64,000 nucleotides of DNA from an uncultured Acidimicrobiaceae bacterium (lineage in GTDB: Bacteria > Actinomycetota > Acidimicrobiia > Spongiisociales > UBA5794). Positions 36,641 through 46,156 of the stretch are shown here, in pieces; position 1 is the stretch's first letter, and every line of letters starts with the position of its first letter. The stretch lies in assembly GCA_964579415.1 (NCBI GenBank), contig CAZOGW010000003.1, positions 7,759 to 71,758 of the forward strand, given 5' to 3'. Below the pieces are notes generated by a model. That model did no database searches. It was not told the origin of the DNA and saw only the letters and a list, made by a program, of their open reading frames with translations. The position numbers and the translations under genes are program-made.

Positions 36641-38407
36641 TCATGTCGCCAAAGCCGCCACTGATGGTCGGACCCTGCCCACGCCCCCTGCACGCTCGTG
36701 CAGCCACTCCTGGACCGTGACCCAACCCATGCAGTCCGCAGCAGTGGCCTGACTCTCAACCCACTTCGGAGCCTGCTGCTTCAGAAGAGCCTTCGGCAGG
36801 TTGACCAGGTCCGCCGCCATGGCAGTCGTGAGCGCCCGCGGCCAGACATCTTCGGCTTCCCGCACGGCGAGCTTGCGATCGAGCGGCGCCTGCCCGTACC
36901 TGAGGACGATCCGATTCGGCTGGGTGTGGAAGTTGTGGAGGATCTTGGCCGAGCGCTTGCCCATCTGGTCGCTGTCGAGGAGGGCCAGCACCGGCTTGGA
37001 GGTGGATTGCGACATGAGGACGGCGATCGCAGGCAGCTTCGTGGCTCCCGCCGCGGCCACGAACTGGACTCTGTCGAGCAGATCCTCGCGACCGGCTATC
37101 CGGGCTGCTATCCGCATGTAGTCGATGTCCGTCTGCCCCTCGGTGATGACGACGAAAGCCGCGTGCCTGTCGACGGACTGGGCGGTTGCGAGCAGCCGAC
37201 TCACGCCTGCGTCCCGGAAGAGGAACCCCGCGTGATCGCGTCGACTGTCCGAATGGATAGAAGAGCGACCATCCGGCGCCTTGCTGATTCCGACAACTCG
37301 ACCCTCCTTTGCGTCGAGGTCCGGGATCATGAAAGGCGAATGGGACGTGACGAGCACGGACGTGTCTCGGCTGGCCGCAAGACCGACCAGAGACTCTCGC
37401 ATGAGCTCCTGGGCGGCCGGATGCAGGAAGGACTCGGGCTCCTCCACAGCAAGCACCAGGGAGCGATGGCTCTGCGCGGCCAGGTAGCGAAGGACGGCGA
37501 CCAGCACGCCCGCGCGCACGCCGGTGCCCTTGGCGCGAATGTCGGACTCCATCGCGTCGCGCAGCTGCACGCTCATCGAGGAGAGGGTGTCCTGGAGGGA
37601 AGGGATGGCTGGCAGGAGATCGGCCGAGGACATCTCCGGGAACAGCTGCCCAGTCATGGCTGCGATGTCGTCGCTCAGTGGTCGTAGGAGGGATTGCCTC
37701 ACGTGTTCGGCGTAGTGGTTGCGCGCCTCCTTCGCCCGATCCAGGTCCTCCCTCAGGTGATCCTCGATCACGCCTTCGAGGACCTCCCGGAAGGGGCCTT
37801 GCAGCACCGAATCAAGCGATTCACCGCTGCGGATCTTGACGAGGCGAACGTGCTCGTGGAGGAGGTCGAAGAGCCTGTCGTGCTCGCGGGACCCCTCCGG
37901 AGGGTAGGGCGAATCGCTGGCGGTCGGCTTCTTCCTCCCGAGCCCGGGGACCCCCAGGTACTCATGGCGTGTGACGGTGCCGGCGCGGACCCGCACGAGC
38001 GTGGTGAGAACGATGCGTCCCTGGGCCGCATGGGTGCCCCGACGATTGAACTGTCGGTTCGCCGACCGCTCGTAGTCGAGGGCACGCCTCAACAGCGTCC
38101 GGTCCCGGCTGGGCGCACGCGAGTCCGGGCGCGCTGTAGTCGTGAGGATCAGCTCGACCCGGAACTCCTTCGTCGCCGCACCGTCGGCGAATTTGGGAAA
38201 GTCCAACCGGGGGTTGACGTACGCGTGCGTCGAGGGGTCCTCCCAATGCGCCCCACCATGCAGCGCGATCCCGATCGCATCGAGGATGTTCGACTTCCCG
38301 CTGTTGTTGGGGCCGACCAGGCACGTCAATCCCGGACCCACAGGCATGTGGTGCGCCGAACCCGCGAATGAGCGGAATGCGCTGACCTTGACCGACTCCA
38401 GAATCAT
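36641..38407 (-). CDS. OLD-family ATP-dependent endonuclease (AAA/ABC-type ATPase + TOPRIM), 588 aa
   Basis: GGAGGG Shine-Dalgarno-like sequence then ATG at 38407: MILESVKVSAFRSF...LTCLVGPNNSGKSNILDAIGIAL (P-loop). LVLAVEEPESFLHPAAQ is the Walker B/D-loop of OLD/GajA-type ATPases. TOPRIM FVVITEGQTDIDYM...LALLDSDQMGKRSAK. The track ORF 36641..41248 (1535 aa) continues upstream only as antisense read-through of the Hsp70-like gene. Confidence 0.85.
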   Translation of the reverse strand: MILESVKVSAFRSFAGSAHHMPVGPGLTCLVGPNNSGKSNILDAIGIALHGGAHWEDPSTHAYVNPRLDFPKFADGAATKEFRVELILTTTARPDSRAPSRDRTLLRRALDYERSANRQFNRRGTHAAQGRIVLTTLVRVRAGTVTRHEYLGVPGLGRKKPTASDSPYPPEGSREHDRLFDLLHEHVRLVKIRSGESLDSVLQGPFREVLEGVIEDHLREDLDRAKEARNHYAEHVRQSLLRPLSDDIAAMTGQLFPEMSSADLLPAIPSLQDTLSSMSVQLRDAMESDIRAKGTGVRAGVLVAVLRYLAAQSHRSLVLAVEEPESFLHPAAQELMRESLVGLAASRDTSVLVTSHSPFMIPDLDAKEGRVVGISKAPDGRSSIHSDSRRDHAGFLFRDAGVSRLLATAQSVDRHAAFVVITEGQTDIDYMRIAARIAGREDLLDRVQFVAAAGATKLPAIAVLMSQSTSKPVLALLDSDQMGKRSAKILHNFHTQPNRIVLRYGQAPLDRKLAVREAEDVWPRALTTAMAADLVNLPKALLKQQAPKWVESQATAADCMGWVTVQEWLHERAGGVGRVRPSVAALAT

Positions 38408-38626
38408 GGGCTGCCCTCCGTTGAGGCACGGCAGTCGCACTGTGCAGTGCCGAGGCCCCTCGATTCCTGCTGACCAAGTATTCCGCTGGGTCGCTCGGCC
38501 GATGACCTTCAGGGTGCAGTTCAGTTCTTGAGCTTGCGCGGTTGACGTGGTCGGCCGACCCTCGGCGCCGCGCGTCCGGCTCCCCACTGCGCCTAGCCTC
38601 GGAGGCCCGAGTCGCGGCCGCATGCC

Positions 38627-41092
38627 ATGGGGAAGGCGAGGTACCCGATGTCCGCACCCTTCGATTGGCTCGCCGATTGGCAGCAGCCCCTCACCACGAA
38701 GGACTCGCTGCGCGTTCTCGGGATCGACCTGGGCACCACCAACAGCACGATCACGGAGATCGTCTGGGAGCCGGGCTCGGATCAGCCGCCGCGTCCCGAG
38801 GTCATCGATGTCGTCCAGCCCACCCACTTGGGGCAGGAGTACGCGGCTGACGTCGTTCCCTCCGTGGTGGCGCTCACGGGCGGCGCGATTCTGGTGGGCG
38901 AGGGGGCAAGCCGACTCCGAGGCACCGCCGAGCCGCACCTCACCCGGAACAAGGACATCTTCTGGGAGTGCAAGAACGAGATCGGCACACGCCGGACCTA
39001 CCGAGGTGCGCCGGATGGGTTCAAGACCCCACGCGACATCGCTTCGCATGTCCTGCGGTTCCTGCACGAGGCCGCGCTCGACTATGCCCCTTCGCCGATC
39101 GATCGGGTGGTCATCACCGTGCCCGCCTCCTTCGGCTGGGAGCAGCGCCAGGACACGTTCCTCGCCGCGGAGCAGGCGGGCCTCCACGTGCGACCCGGGG
39201 ATCTCCTCGACGAACCGGTGGCCGCATTCCTCGACTATCTGTCCGTGCACGGTGGGCAGGCCGCCCTCGGCAGGCGCTCGGTGAGCCGCCTCATGGTGCT
39301 GGACTTCGGTGGCGGCACCTGCGACGTGGCGATCCTGGAGGCCCGGGCTGGCAGCGCACACGCACCCGCACAGCCGGGGCCGGCCGGTGGACTCGGCGTC
39401 TCCAGGCTGGGGGTGTCCCGGTTCCATCGCATCGGCGGCGGTGATCTCGACACCGCCCTGGCGCTCAAGGTCCTCCTGCCCCAACTCGTGGCCCAGAACG
39501 CCGACGCGGGGCGCTTCTCGTACTCGGACAAGCGCGACTACTTGCTGCCCGCCCTCACGGGGGTGGCGGCTGTGCTCAAGATGAAGCAGTCCGAGTTGGT
39601 CCGGAATCGGCGACGTCTGGGCAGGTTCGACCCCAAGGATCCAGCGCTGACCGTCTCCCTGCCAGGTGTCTCCACCATCCCGGTCGGGGTCAGGGGCGGC
39701 GTGGTCCAGACGCTGCGCCTGGCCGCCCCCTCCCTCACGTACGACCAATTCGTCCAGGCGGCCCAGCCCTTCCTCTCCCGCAGGCTGCTCATGCCGCGTG
39801 GCGACGAGTACCTCCAGGCCCAGAGCGTGTTCGCGCCCGTCGCCGACGTGCTGCAGCGCAGCGATCTCGAACCGGGTGACATCGACGCCTGTCTGTTGGT
39901 AGGGGGCAGCAGCCTCCTCCCGCTGCTCGCCGACGAGGTCGAGAAGTACCTGCCGGACGCGGCGATCCTCACCTACAAGGAGTCTCGCGACGCGCTGCGC
40001 TGTGTTGGCCGGGGCGCCGCCGTCCATGCCCTGCTGCTCGCCGCGTACCACGAGAGCCCGCTGTCGCCGACGACGGGAGACGCGGTCAGCATCCGCACAC
40101 GCCAAGGCTTGGAGATCATCGTCCCCCGCAACGCTCCGCTGCCCTACCCGGCGGCGGGCCGCCAGGCCACCCGCCCGAGCCTGCGCATGGCGACGGGGGA
40201 CGGCGCGAGCGCGCAGCCCCTCACCCTCCAGGTGATGTCCGGCATCAGCGAGACGGACGCCCGGACTCTGAGCCTGCACCCGATCACGGTGCAGGCGCCC
40301 GTACGCGCCGGCGACCCCATCGAGCTGGACGTCAGCGTCGACGAGAACCAGCGGCTGTCGCTTCGGGCCGAGGTGCAGACCTCCGCAGGCCCCCAGACGT
40401 TCACTCTGGAGCTGGACAACCCGTTCTCCGTCGTGGTGAATCCGGACGCCAAGCGGGAGCGCATCCGCGAGCTCGAGGAACAGGCGGACGGCATGAGCCG
40501 TGCAGAGCGGATCGAGGCGATCCAGACCCTCGCCCGCCTGCATTGGGAGATCGGCGAGCGCGAGCGGGCGCGTGAATACCTGGAGCGCGTGCTGCCGATG
40601 GTCCCGGCACATCGCCGCGGCTACGTGCTCAACCTCCTCGGCATCATCAGCGGCGAGCTGGGCGACACCGATGCGCAGGTGGAGTACTACCAGGCTGCGG
40701 CAGAAGCCGGGCTCGGCACCGTGCCCCTGTTCAACCTGGCGATCGCTCTCCTGCGCCAAGGCAAGCCGGACGAGGCCCTGCTCATCATCGACGACGTGGT
40801 GGCTCGCGACCGAAGTCCGGAGAACCACGCCCTTCGCGGCCGGATCCTCGATGAGCTGGGTCGCGACACCGAGGCGCGAGCGGCGCAGCAGAAGGCGATC
40901 GACGGGCTGCACAACCCCAGAGGCGAGGACGACTTCGTCCTCTCCTGGGTCAAAGGCGCGGCGGACGCGGTCGGTGACGAGGACAAGGCCCGGTCGATCA
41001 AAGAGGAGCAGGCTCGACGACGGCGCGAGGGCGACGGGGGACGCAACGCTGCCCCCATCGGTACCCCGGACGGCTTGCCGGACCGGGCCTGA
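38627..41092 (+). CDS. Hsp70/DnaK-superfamily ATPase with C-terminal TPR repeats (821 aa)
   Basis: LRVLGIDLGTTNSTITEI is the phosphate-1 motif. VLDFGGGTCDVAILE is the DxGGGTxD motif. The C-terminal 200 aa have TPR-like helices (AIQTLARLHWEIGERERAREYLERVL..., YYQAAAEAGLGTVPLFNLAIALLRQGKPDEALLIIDDVV). Confidence 0.8.
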   Translation: MGKARYPMSAPFDWLADWQQPLTTKDSLRVLGIDLGTTNSTITEIVWEPGSDQPPRPEVIDVVQPTHLGQEYAADVVPSVVALTGGAILVGEGASRLRGTAEPHLTRNKDIFWECKNEIGTRRTYRGAPDGFKTPRDIASHVLRFLHEAALDYAPSPIDRVVITVPASFGWEQRQDTFLAAEQAGLHVRPGDLLDEPVAAFLDYLSVHGGQAALGRRSVSRLMVLDFGGGTCDVAILEARAGSAHAPAQPGPAGGLGVSRLGVSRFHRIGGGDLDTALALKVLLPQLVAQNADAGRFSYSDKRDYLLPALTGVAAVLKMKQSELVRNRRRLGRFDPKDPALTVSLPGVSTIPVGVRGGVVQTLRLAAPSLTYDQFVQAAQPFLSRRLLMPRGDEYLQAQSVFAPVADVLQRSDLEPGDIDACLLVGGSSLLPLLADEVEKYLPDAAILTYKESRDALRCVGRGAAVHALLLAAYHESPLSPTTGDAVSIRTRQGLEIIVPRNAPLPYPAAGRQATRPSLRMATGDGASAQPLTLQVMSGISETDARTLSLHPITVQAPVRAGDPIELDVSVDENQRLSLRAEVQTSAGPQTFTLELDNPFSVVVNPDAKRERIRELEEQADGMSRAERIEAIQTLARLHWEIGERERAREYLERVLPMVPAHRRGYVLNLLGIISGELGDTDAQVEYYQAAAEAGLGTVPLFNLAIALLRQGKPDEALLIIDDVVARDRSPENHALRGRILDELGRDTEARAAQQKAIDGLHNPRGEDDFVLSWVKGAADAVGDEDKARSIKEEQARRRREGDGGRNAAPIGTPDGLPDRA

Positions 41093-41093
41093 G

Positions 41094-42323
41094 ATGTGGC
41101 TCGTCCCCTTCGAGGACCTCTCGGCCGACCAAGCAGCTGCGGTGGCGCTGGACACGAGCAAGCACCGGATCATCCGCGGTGGTCCGGGCTCCGGCAAGAC
41201 CTTGGTGCTAGCCCACCGGGCCAAGGCCCTGATCGAGCAGCGCGGCATCCCACGGGAGCGGCTGCGCGTGCTCGTCTATACCCGGGTGCTCAATGCCTAC
41301 ATCCGGCAAGGCCTGGCCGACCTTGGGCTCGCAGACGTCTGCCAGGGCTACGACGAGTGGTGCCGATCGGTTCTGAGCGCTCGGCGGATCCCGACGCCGA
41401 AGGGCAGTCCCGGGAGCGTGACCGAGCTGCTCCGGACGCTCGTACTGGAGGCCCTGTCGCAGGACGCCGAGCCGATGCTCGACGCGATCCTCGTCGACGA
41501 GGGCCAGGACCTCACCGAGACGATGCTGCGCATCCTGCCCCGCGCCGCTCGCCACGTGACCGTGGCCATGGACTCCGCGCAGCAGCTCTACGAGGAGGGC
41601 TCCGACCTGGGTCGCGTCGCGGCAGCCCTCTCCTTGCCGGCCCGCCCCGCTGCCCTCCTGACGGCCTATCGCTGCACTCCGCACATCGTCGGTCTGGCAT
41701 CGGTCTTCCTCGACGACCCAGGGGAGCGGCACCGCTTCCGCTACGCCAACCTGATGCCGCTCGGCGCGAGCGAGCAGCCGGTGCTCGTCACCTCCCCGGA
41801 TGAGGAGGCAGAGCTCGACACGCTCGCCGCTGCCCTCCAGGAGCGGGCCTTCGTGGGCCAGCGCAGCGTCGTGCTGCTCCCCACCAATCGCGACCTGTTC
41901 CGCTTCAAGAAGCGGTTGCGGGAACGGGGCATGGACGTCTATCACCGCAAGGAGCTCGGCTTCGACGGCAACCGGCCTCTCCTGCTCACCTACCACTCCG
42001 CCAAGGGTCTCACCGCCGAGGCGGTCTTCCTGCCCAAGCTAACCGTGGGAGGCTTCGACAGCAGGCCCGACGACATGGTTGCCCGGATGCTGTTCGTCGG
42101 CGTGACCCGGGCCACCGAGTGGGCGTGGTTGGGGACCCGAGCGTCCGACCGGCTGCCGCTGCTCGCCCGGCTCGGGGCCCCCCTTCGCGAGGGTCATCTG
42201 GTGGACCTGTCGACTTCGGCGCCGCAGACCGTCGAACCCGACGGGGGCGGCCGGCCGAAACCGCCGACGGAGCCGACGGACGACTCTGCGGGCGACGACG
42301 AACTCATGGACCTGTTCGACTGA
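41094..42323 (+). CDS. Short UvrD/Rep-like SF1A helicase (409 aa)
   Basis: ATG 2 nt after the Hsp70-like stop. IIRGGPGSGKTLVLAHRAKALIE (Walker A), ILVDEGQDLT (DExQD), C-terminal TYHSAKGLTAEAVFLPKL and LFVGVTRATEWAWL (UvrD_C motifs). Confidence 0.75.
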   Translation: MWLVPFEDLSADQAAAVALDTSKHRIIRGGPGSGKTLVLAHRAKALIEQRGIPRERLRVLVYTRVLNAYIRQGLADLGLADVCQGYDEWCRSVLSARRIPTPKGSPGSVTELLRTLVLEALSQDAEPMLDAILVDEGQDLTETMLRILPRAARHVTVAMDSAQQLYEEGSDLGRVAAALSLPARPAALLTAYRCTPHIVGLASVFLDDPGERHRFRYANLMPLGASEQPVLVTSPDEEAELDTLAAALQERAFVGQRSVVLLPTNRDLFRFKKRLRERGMDVYHRKELGFDGNRPLLLTYHSAKGLTAEAVFLPKLTVGGFDSRPDDMVARMLFVGVTRATEWAWLGTRASDRLPLLARLGAPLREGHLVDLSTSAPQTVEPDGGGRPKPPTEPTDDSAGDDELMDLFD

Positions 42324-42334
42324 GAGGCAGCGCG

Positions 42335-45067
42335 ATGACCGAGATCGAGCACCGGTACGCGATGTTCGTTAGAGGACTCGCGGATCGGCTCGCTATGCCC
42401 GCTCCGGATATCCAGGCCGAGCTGTCCGGCCTGCGTGAGGCGTGGGCGCAGCCCCTGCCTCGCGAGCACCGCCTCGTGAGGCTGCCACCCGATGTGTGGG
42501 GGCGGCTGGCCGCGGCGATCAACGGCCATCGGTTCGGAGCCGACCCGTACGACCGGTTCCTCCCACCGGCGATCCTGCGAGGCCTCGACGCGACGTCGGC
42601 GGAGGGGAGGGGGGCTCTCGAGTCGGCCTGGCCGCTGGTCCAGACGTGGCTGGCCGTCCAGGCCGGGCTGTCGACAAACGCCGACAGCCTTCGGCTGATC
42701 AATGAGCGCTACGCGCCACACGTCTGGACCCAGCAGATCGACGAGGGCGACGATCTCGGCGAGGATGCCGATGGGCGTCACCAGCCCGCGAGTGACGGCC
42801 AAAGCGAGACCGAGCGCGGCGGGGGGCGTACCCCGATGGGGCGCGCATCCGAGCCAGCTGGGCGCACGCCGGCCTCGCCCGGGGTTGCCCTTCCACTGGA
42901 TGCGGCCGCGCGCCGCCAGCTTGCACGCTTGCAGGACTCTTTGCCCGACTCGGCCGCGCAGCGAGTCTGCCTGCCCGCGGTGCTGCTTGGGCTGTGGTGT
43001 GGCTCGCTGCGCATCCCGCGGCTGGCATCCGAGTGGGACGAGGTGCGTGGGCTGGTCGAGGAGGGGAGTACCGATGCCGTGGAGAGTCTGCAGCAGGTCG
43101 CTGCGATCCGAGTCTCGATGCTGGCGGAGAACTCCATCGGCGGCCTGGTCCCGGACGCGTGGGAGCGATTGGTGACCTGGGCCTACGCCCGGGCCTCCCG
43201 GTGGGCCGGACAGCGCACGCTCGATCCGGTCCTGCACGCCCAGCTCATCGAGGGCTGGCGGGCCGACCCGCTCCGGGGTGAACCGGTCGGCCCCGGCCTG
43301 GCTGCCAGCCCACGCTGGTCGGCCACTGTGGTCGAAGCGATCACCACCGGCAGCGCCCCCGAGATGACGACCGACGCCGACGTCGTGGTCTCCCGGCCGG
43401 CCTCCACCGCCGATGGGCTGCTCGCCGAGCTGGACGATCTCGAGGGCCTGGCGGAGGTCAAGACGGCCGTCCACGAACTGGTGCAGCAGGTGCAGTTCGA
43501 CCAGGCACGTCGGGTGCAGGGCCTGCCCGTCGTGCCGATGACACGGCACCTCGTCCTCATGGGCAACCCGGGCACGGGAAAGACGACAGTCGCACGGCTG
43601 ATCGGGCGCATCCTGCATGCGGCCGAGGCACTGCCCAGCGCGACGTTCCTCGAAGTGCGGCGAGGCGACCTCGTCAGCAAGTACTACGGCGAGACCGAGA
43701 AGCGGGTCCGCCGGGCCATCGACCAAGCCAAGGGTGGAGTGCTCTTCATCGATGAGGCGCACGCCCTGGCCTCTGGCGATCGGGACGAGTCCGGTGCGCA
43801 CCTCCTCCCGGAGCTCGTCGCCGGCATGGAGAACCAGCGCGACGAGTTCGTCCTCATGCTGGCCGGGTACTCCGCACCCATGCAGAAACTGCTGTCCTCG
43901 GACCCCGGCTTGGCCGGCCGGTTCGGCAGGATCCTCAGCTTCCCCGATCTCAGCGACGACGCCCTGACCTCGGCCTTCCTCAAGCGGGCCGCGGCCAGCA
44001 GGTACCGTCTCGCCGACGACGTCGAGGGCGCGGCGCGCTCCTACTTCGCGCGGCTCAACCGGGGCCAGGGCTTCGCGAACGCTCGTGAGGCACGCAGCCT
44101 GTTCGAGAGCGCGGTTGCCCGGCTCGCGTCCAGGTACGCCGCGGATCGTGAAGCGGTGGACGTAACCGTCATCACGGCTGACGACATCCCCAGGCCTGCG
44201 GGGCCAGGTCACATCGACGAGCCTGCATTGGCGCAGGCGCGCGCTGGGATCGACCGGCTTGCGGGACTCGAGTCAGTCAAAGCCGCGCTGTCCAAGGTCG
44301 CGGACAAGGCGCGACTCGAGCTGCTGCGCGTGCAGCGCGGGATCGCAGCGAAGCCGGTGGTGCCCGGTCACTTCGCGTTCGTGGGGCCGCCGGGCACCGG
44401 AAAGACCACGGTCGCCCGGCAGCTCGGGCAGCTGTTCGCGGCACTCGGTGTGCTGCGCTCCGGGCACGTTGTGGCGGCCAACCGCTCCACTCTCGTTGCC
44501 GAGTTCATCGGACAGACCGCTCCCAAGGTGCGCGAGCAGGTGCAGGCGGCGCTGGACGGTGTCCTGTTCGTCGACGAGGCCTACGCGCTCATGCCGGCGG
44601 ACGCCGCGCGGGACTTCGGAGCCGAGGCCGTGGCCACCCTGGTGGAGGAGATGGAGACCCACCGCGAACGGCTGGTGGTTGTGCTGGCGGGCTATCAGGA
44701 GGACGTCGATCGGCTCCTCGACGCCAACCAGGGATTGCGGTCGCGCGTGAACAATGTGCTCCAGTTCGAGGCCTTCACCCGAGACGAGTTGCGCGTGGTC
44801 GCCGACCAGATGGCTGCCGACTCCCGACTCGTGCTCGAGCCGGACGTGGCCGACCTGTTGGCCGAGCGCGCTTTCGCTGCCCGCAGCGAGCCTGGTTTCG
44901 CGAACGCGCGGGCCATCCGCAACCTGCTCGACGAGGCGGAGGGTCGACTGGCGGCCCGCCTGTCGAGCAGGCCGGCCGACCAGGTCGCCACGCGCGAGCT
45001 CTCGCTGATCACCGTTGCAGATGTGCCTGCAGCGGTCAGCCGGGAGCGCATCATCGGGTTCGTATAG
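42335..45067 (+). CDS. Protein with unknown ~400-aa N-terminal region and two tandem CbxX/SpoVK/EccA-type AAA+ ATPase domains (910 aa)
   Basis: ATG at 42335, 12 nt after the UvrD-like stop; the track ORF starts earlier at 42119 inside the upstream gene. Two copies of the LxxLxGLxxVK...HLVLMGNPGTGKTTVARLIGRIL...GVLFIDEAHAL pattern: VVPMTRHLVLMGNPGTGKTTVARL/GGVLFIDEAHAL and VVPGHFAFVGPPGTGKTTVARQL/DGVLFVDEAYAL. Confidence 0.8.
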   Translation: MTEIEHRYAMFVRGLADRLAMPAPDIQAELSGLREAWAQPLPREHRLVRLPPDVWGRLAAAINGHRFGADPYDRFLPPAILRGLDATSAEGRGALESAWPLVQTWLAVQAGLSTNADSLRLINERYAPHVWTQQIDEGDDLGEDADGRHQPASDGQSETERGGGRTPMGRASEPAGRTPASPGVALPLDAAARRQLARLQDSLPDSAAQRVCLPAVLLGLWCGSLRIPRLASEWDEVRGLVEEGSTDAVESLQQVAAIRVSMLAENSIGGLVPDAWERLVTWAYARASRWAGQRTLDPVLHAQLIEGWRADPLRGEPVGPGLAASPRWSATVVEAITTGSAPEMTTDADVVVSRPASTADGLLAELDDLEGLAEVKTAVHELVQQVQFDQARRVQGLPVVPMTRHLVLMGNPGTGKTTVARLIGRILHAAEALPSATFLEVRRGDLVSKYYGETEKRVRRAIDQAKGGVLFIDEAHALASGDRDESGAHLLPELVAGMENQRDEFVLMLAGYSAPMQKLLSSDPGLAGRFGRILSFPDLSDDALTSAFLKRAAASRYRLADDVEGAARSYFARLNRGQGFANAREARSLFESAVARLASRYAADREAVDVTVITADDIPRPAGPGHIDEPALAQARAGIDRLAGLESVKAALSKVADKARLELLRVQRGIAAKPVVPGHFAFVGPPGTGKTTVARQLGQLFAALGVLRSGHVVAANRSTLVAEFIGQTAPKVREQVQAALDGVLFVDEAYALMPADAARDFGAEAVATLVEEMETHRERLVVVLAGYQEDVDRLLDANQGLRSRVNNVLQFEAFTRDELRVVADQMAADSRLVLEPDVADLLAERAFAARSEPGFANARAIRNLLDEAEGRLAARLSSRPADQVATRELSLITVADVPAAVSRERIIGFV

Positions 45068-45202
45068 GTCCGGTGGCGGCGCCGAGTCCCCGGTTCCGCG
45101 GCACCATGACGTAGCCGACCTCGGCGCAGGCGCCCCCTGGCCCCGAGCTCCCGCGCGAGACTGGCCCGCGAGGTCTCTTCGATGCGTGGGGAGAATGCGG
45201 AC

Positions 45203-46048
45203 ATGTCGCACGTACCCTTCGAGATCATCCCTGGAGACCTCGCCTCGCCGGTCGTCATGCACGTCCCGCACGCCGCCACGTGGATCGAGCCGTCGGTGCG
45301 TGCCGACATCCTTCTGTCCGATGCCGAGCTTGCCGCCGAGCTCGCCGCGATCACCGACGCGATCACCGACGTCGTCGCCGAACGGGCGGCCGCTGCGGCC
45401 AGCATGCGGCCGTGGATCCTCGTCAATCGGACCTCCCGCCTCGTCGTCGATCCAGAGCGATTCCCGGACGAGCGTGAGGAGCTCAACAAGGTCGGAATGG
45501 GCGCCGTCTACGAGCGAACGACCACCGGTGCGGTCCTGCGCAGGCCGACCCCCGCCGAGCGGCAGGCCCTGATCGACGACTACTTCACGCCCTACGCGGA
45601 AGGCATCGCGCAGCTGGTCCGGGACCGGCTCGCGGAGGTGGGAACGGTCACGATCCTCGACGTCCACTCCTATCCACAGGTGCCGAATCCGTACGAGCTG
45701 CACGTCGACCAGCGGCGACCGGAGGTCTGCGTCGGGACCGACGAGCTGCACACGCCGACGGAGCTGCGGGAGCAGACGCTCGCCGCCATGCGCGCGGCCG
45801 CCCCGACCGGGGACGTGGGCCTCGACGCGCCGTTCTGGGGCTGCTACGTCCCCCTCGACCAGTACGGCACGAACCCCGCCGTGCGTGCCGTCATGGTGGA
45901 GATCCGCCGCGACGTGGTCGCGAACCACCTCGATCCCCTCGTCGAGGGCGTGGCCGCGCTGGTCACGCGGATCAGCGAACTGGGGCGGGCCACGGACGCG
46001 GGCGCTTTCGGCCTCGCCGGATCGCCGGAGCACTGCTCGCTGGGGTGA
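45203..46048 (+). CDS. N-formylglutamate amidohydrolase (FGase, PF05013) family protein
   Basis: PVVMHVPHAATWIEP matches the family's N-terminal HxPHAGT-like motif. Start taken at the second ATG, MSHVPF. Confidence 0.65.
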   Translation: MSHVPFEIIPGDLASPVVMHVPHAATWIEPSVRADILLSDAELAAELAAITDAITDVVAERAAAAASMRPWILVNRTSRLVVDPERFPDEREELNKVGMGAVYERTTTGAVLRRPTPAERQALIDDYFTPYAEGIAQLVRDRLAEVGTVTILDVHSYPQVPNPYELHVDQRRPEVCVGTDELHTPTELREQTLAAMRAAAPTGDVGLDAPFWGCYVPLDQYGTNPAVRAVMVEIRRDVVANHLDPLVEGVAALVTRISELGRATDAGAFGLAGSPEHCSLG

Positions 46049-46156
46049 TCGAGGCCTAGGAGCCTTCCTCGGCGCCCTCCACCAGGCGCCCCGGTTGTGT
46101 CAGACCGTCGTTGCACCATCGACGAGACACAGCGACAGAACCGGGAAGGACCGACG

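Noticed and set aside
38430-41248. Upstream roughly 940 codons of the 1535-aa minus-strand ORF 36641..41248
   Set aside because: Only the last 588 codons, from MILESVKVS at 38407 with a GGAGGG Shine-Dalgarno-like sequence, form a coherent OLD-family protein. The remainder is antisense to the plus-strand Hsp70-like gene, which has unambiguous GIDLGTTNS and DxGGGTxD motifs.
36641-42323. Calling a Gabija system (GajA + GajB)
   Set aside because: The OLD-like gene and the UvrD-like gene are on opposite strands, separated by a 2.5-kb Hsp70-like gene. The UvrD-like gene is translationally coupled into a different operon. The call is not supported as canonical Gabija.
42194-46033. Long minus-strand ORFs 42194..44212 (672 aa) and 44273..46033 (586 aa)
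   Set aside because: Antisense to the tandem-AAA+ gene and the FGase gene. They are rich in R, G and P with no motifs, while the plus strand carries clear Walker A/B pairs.
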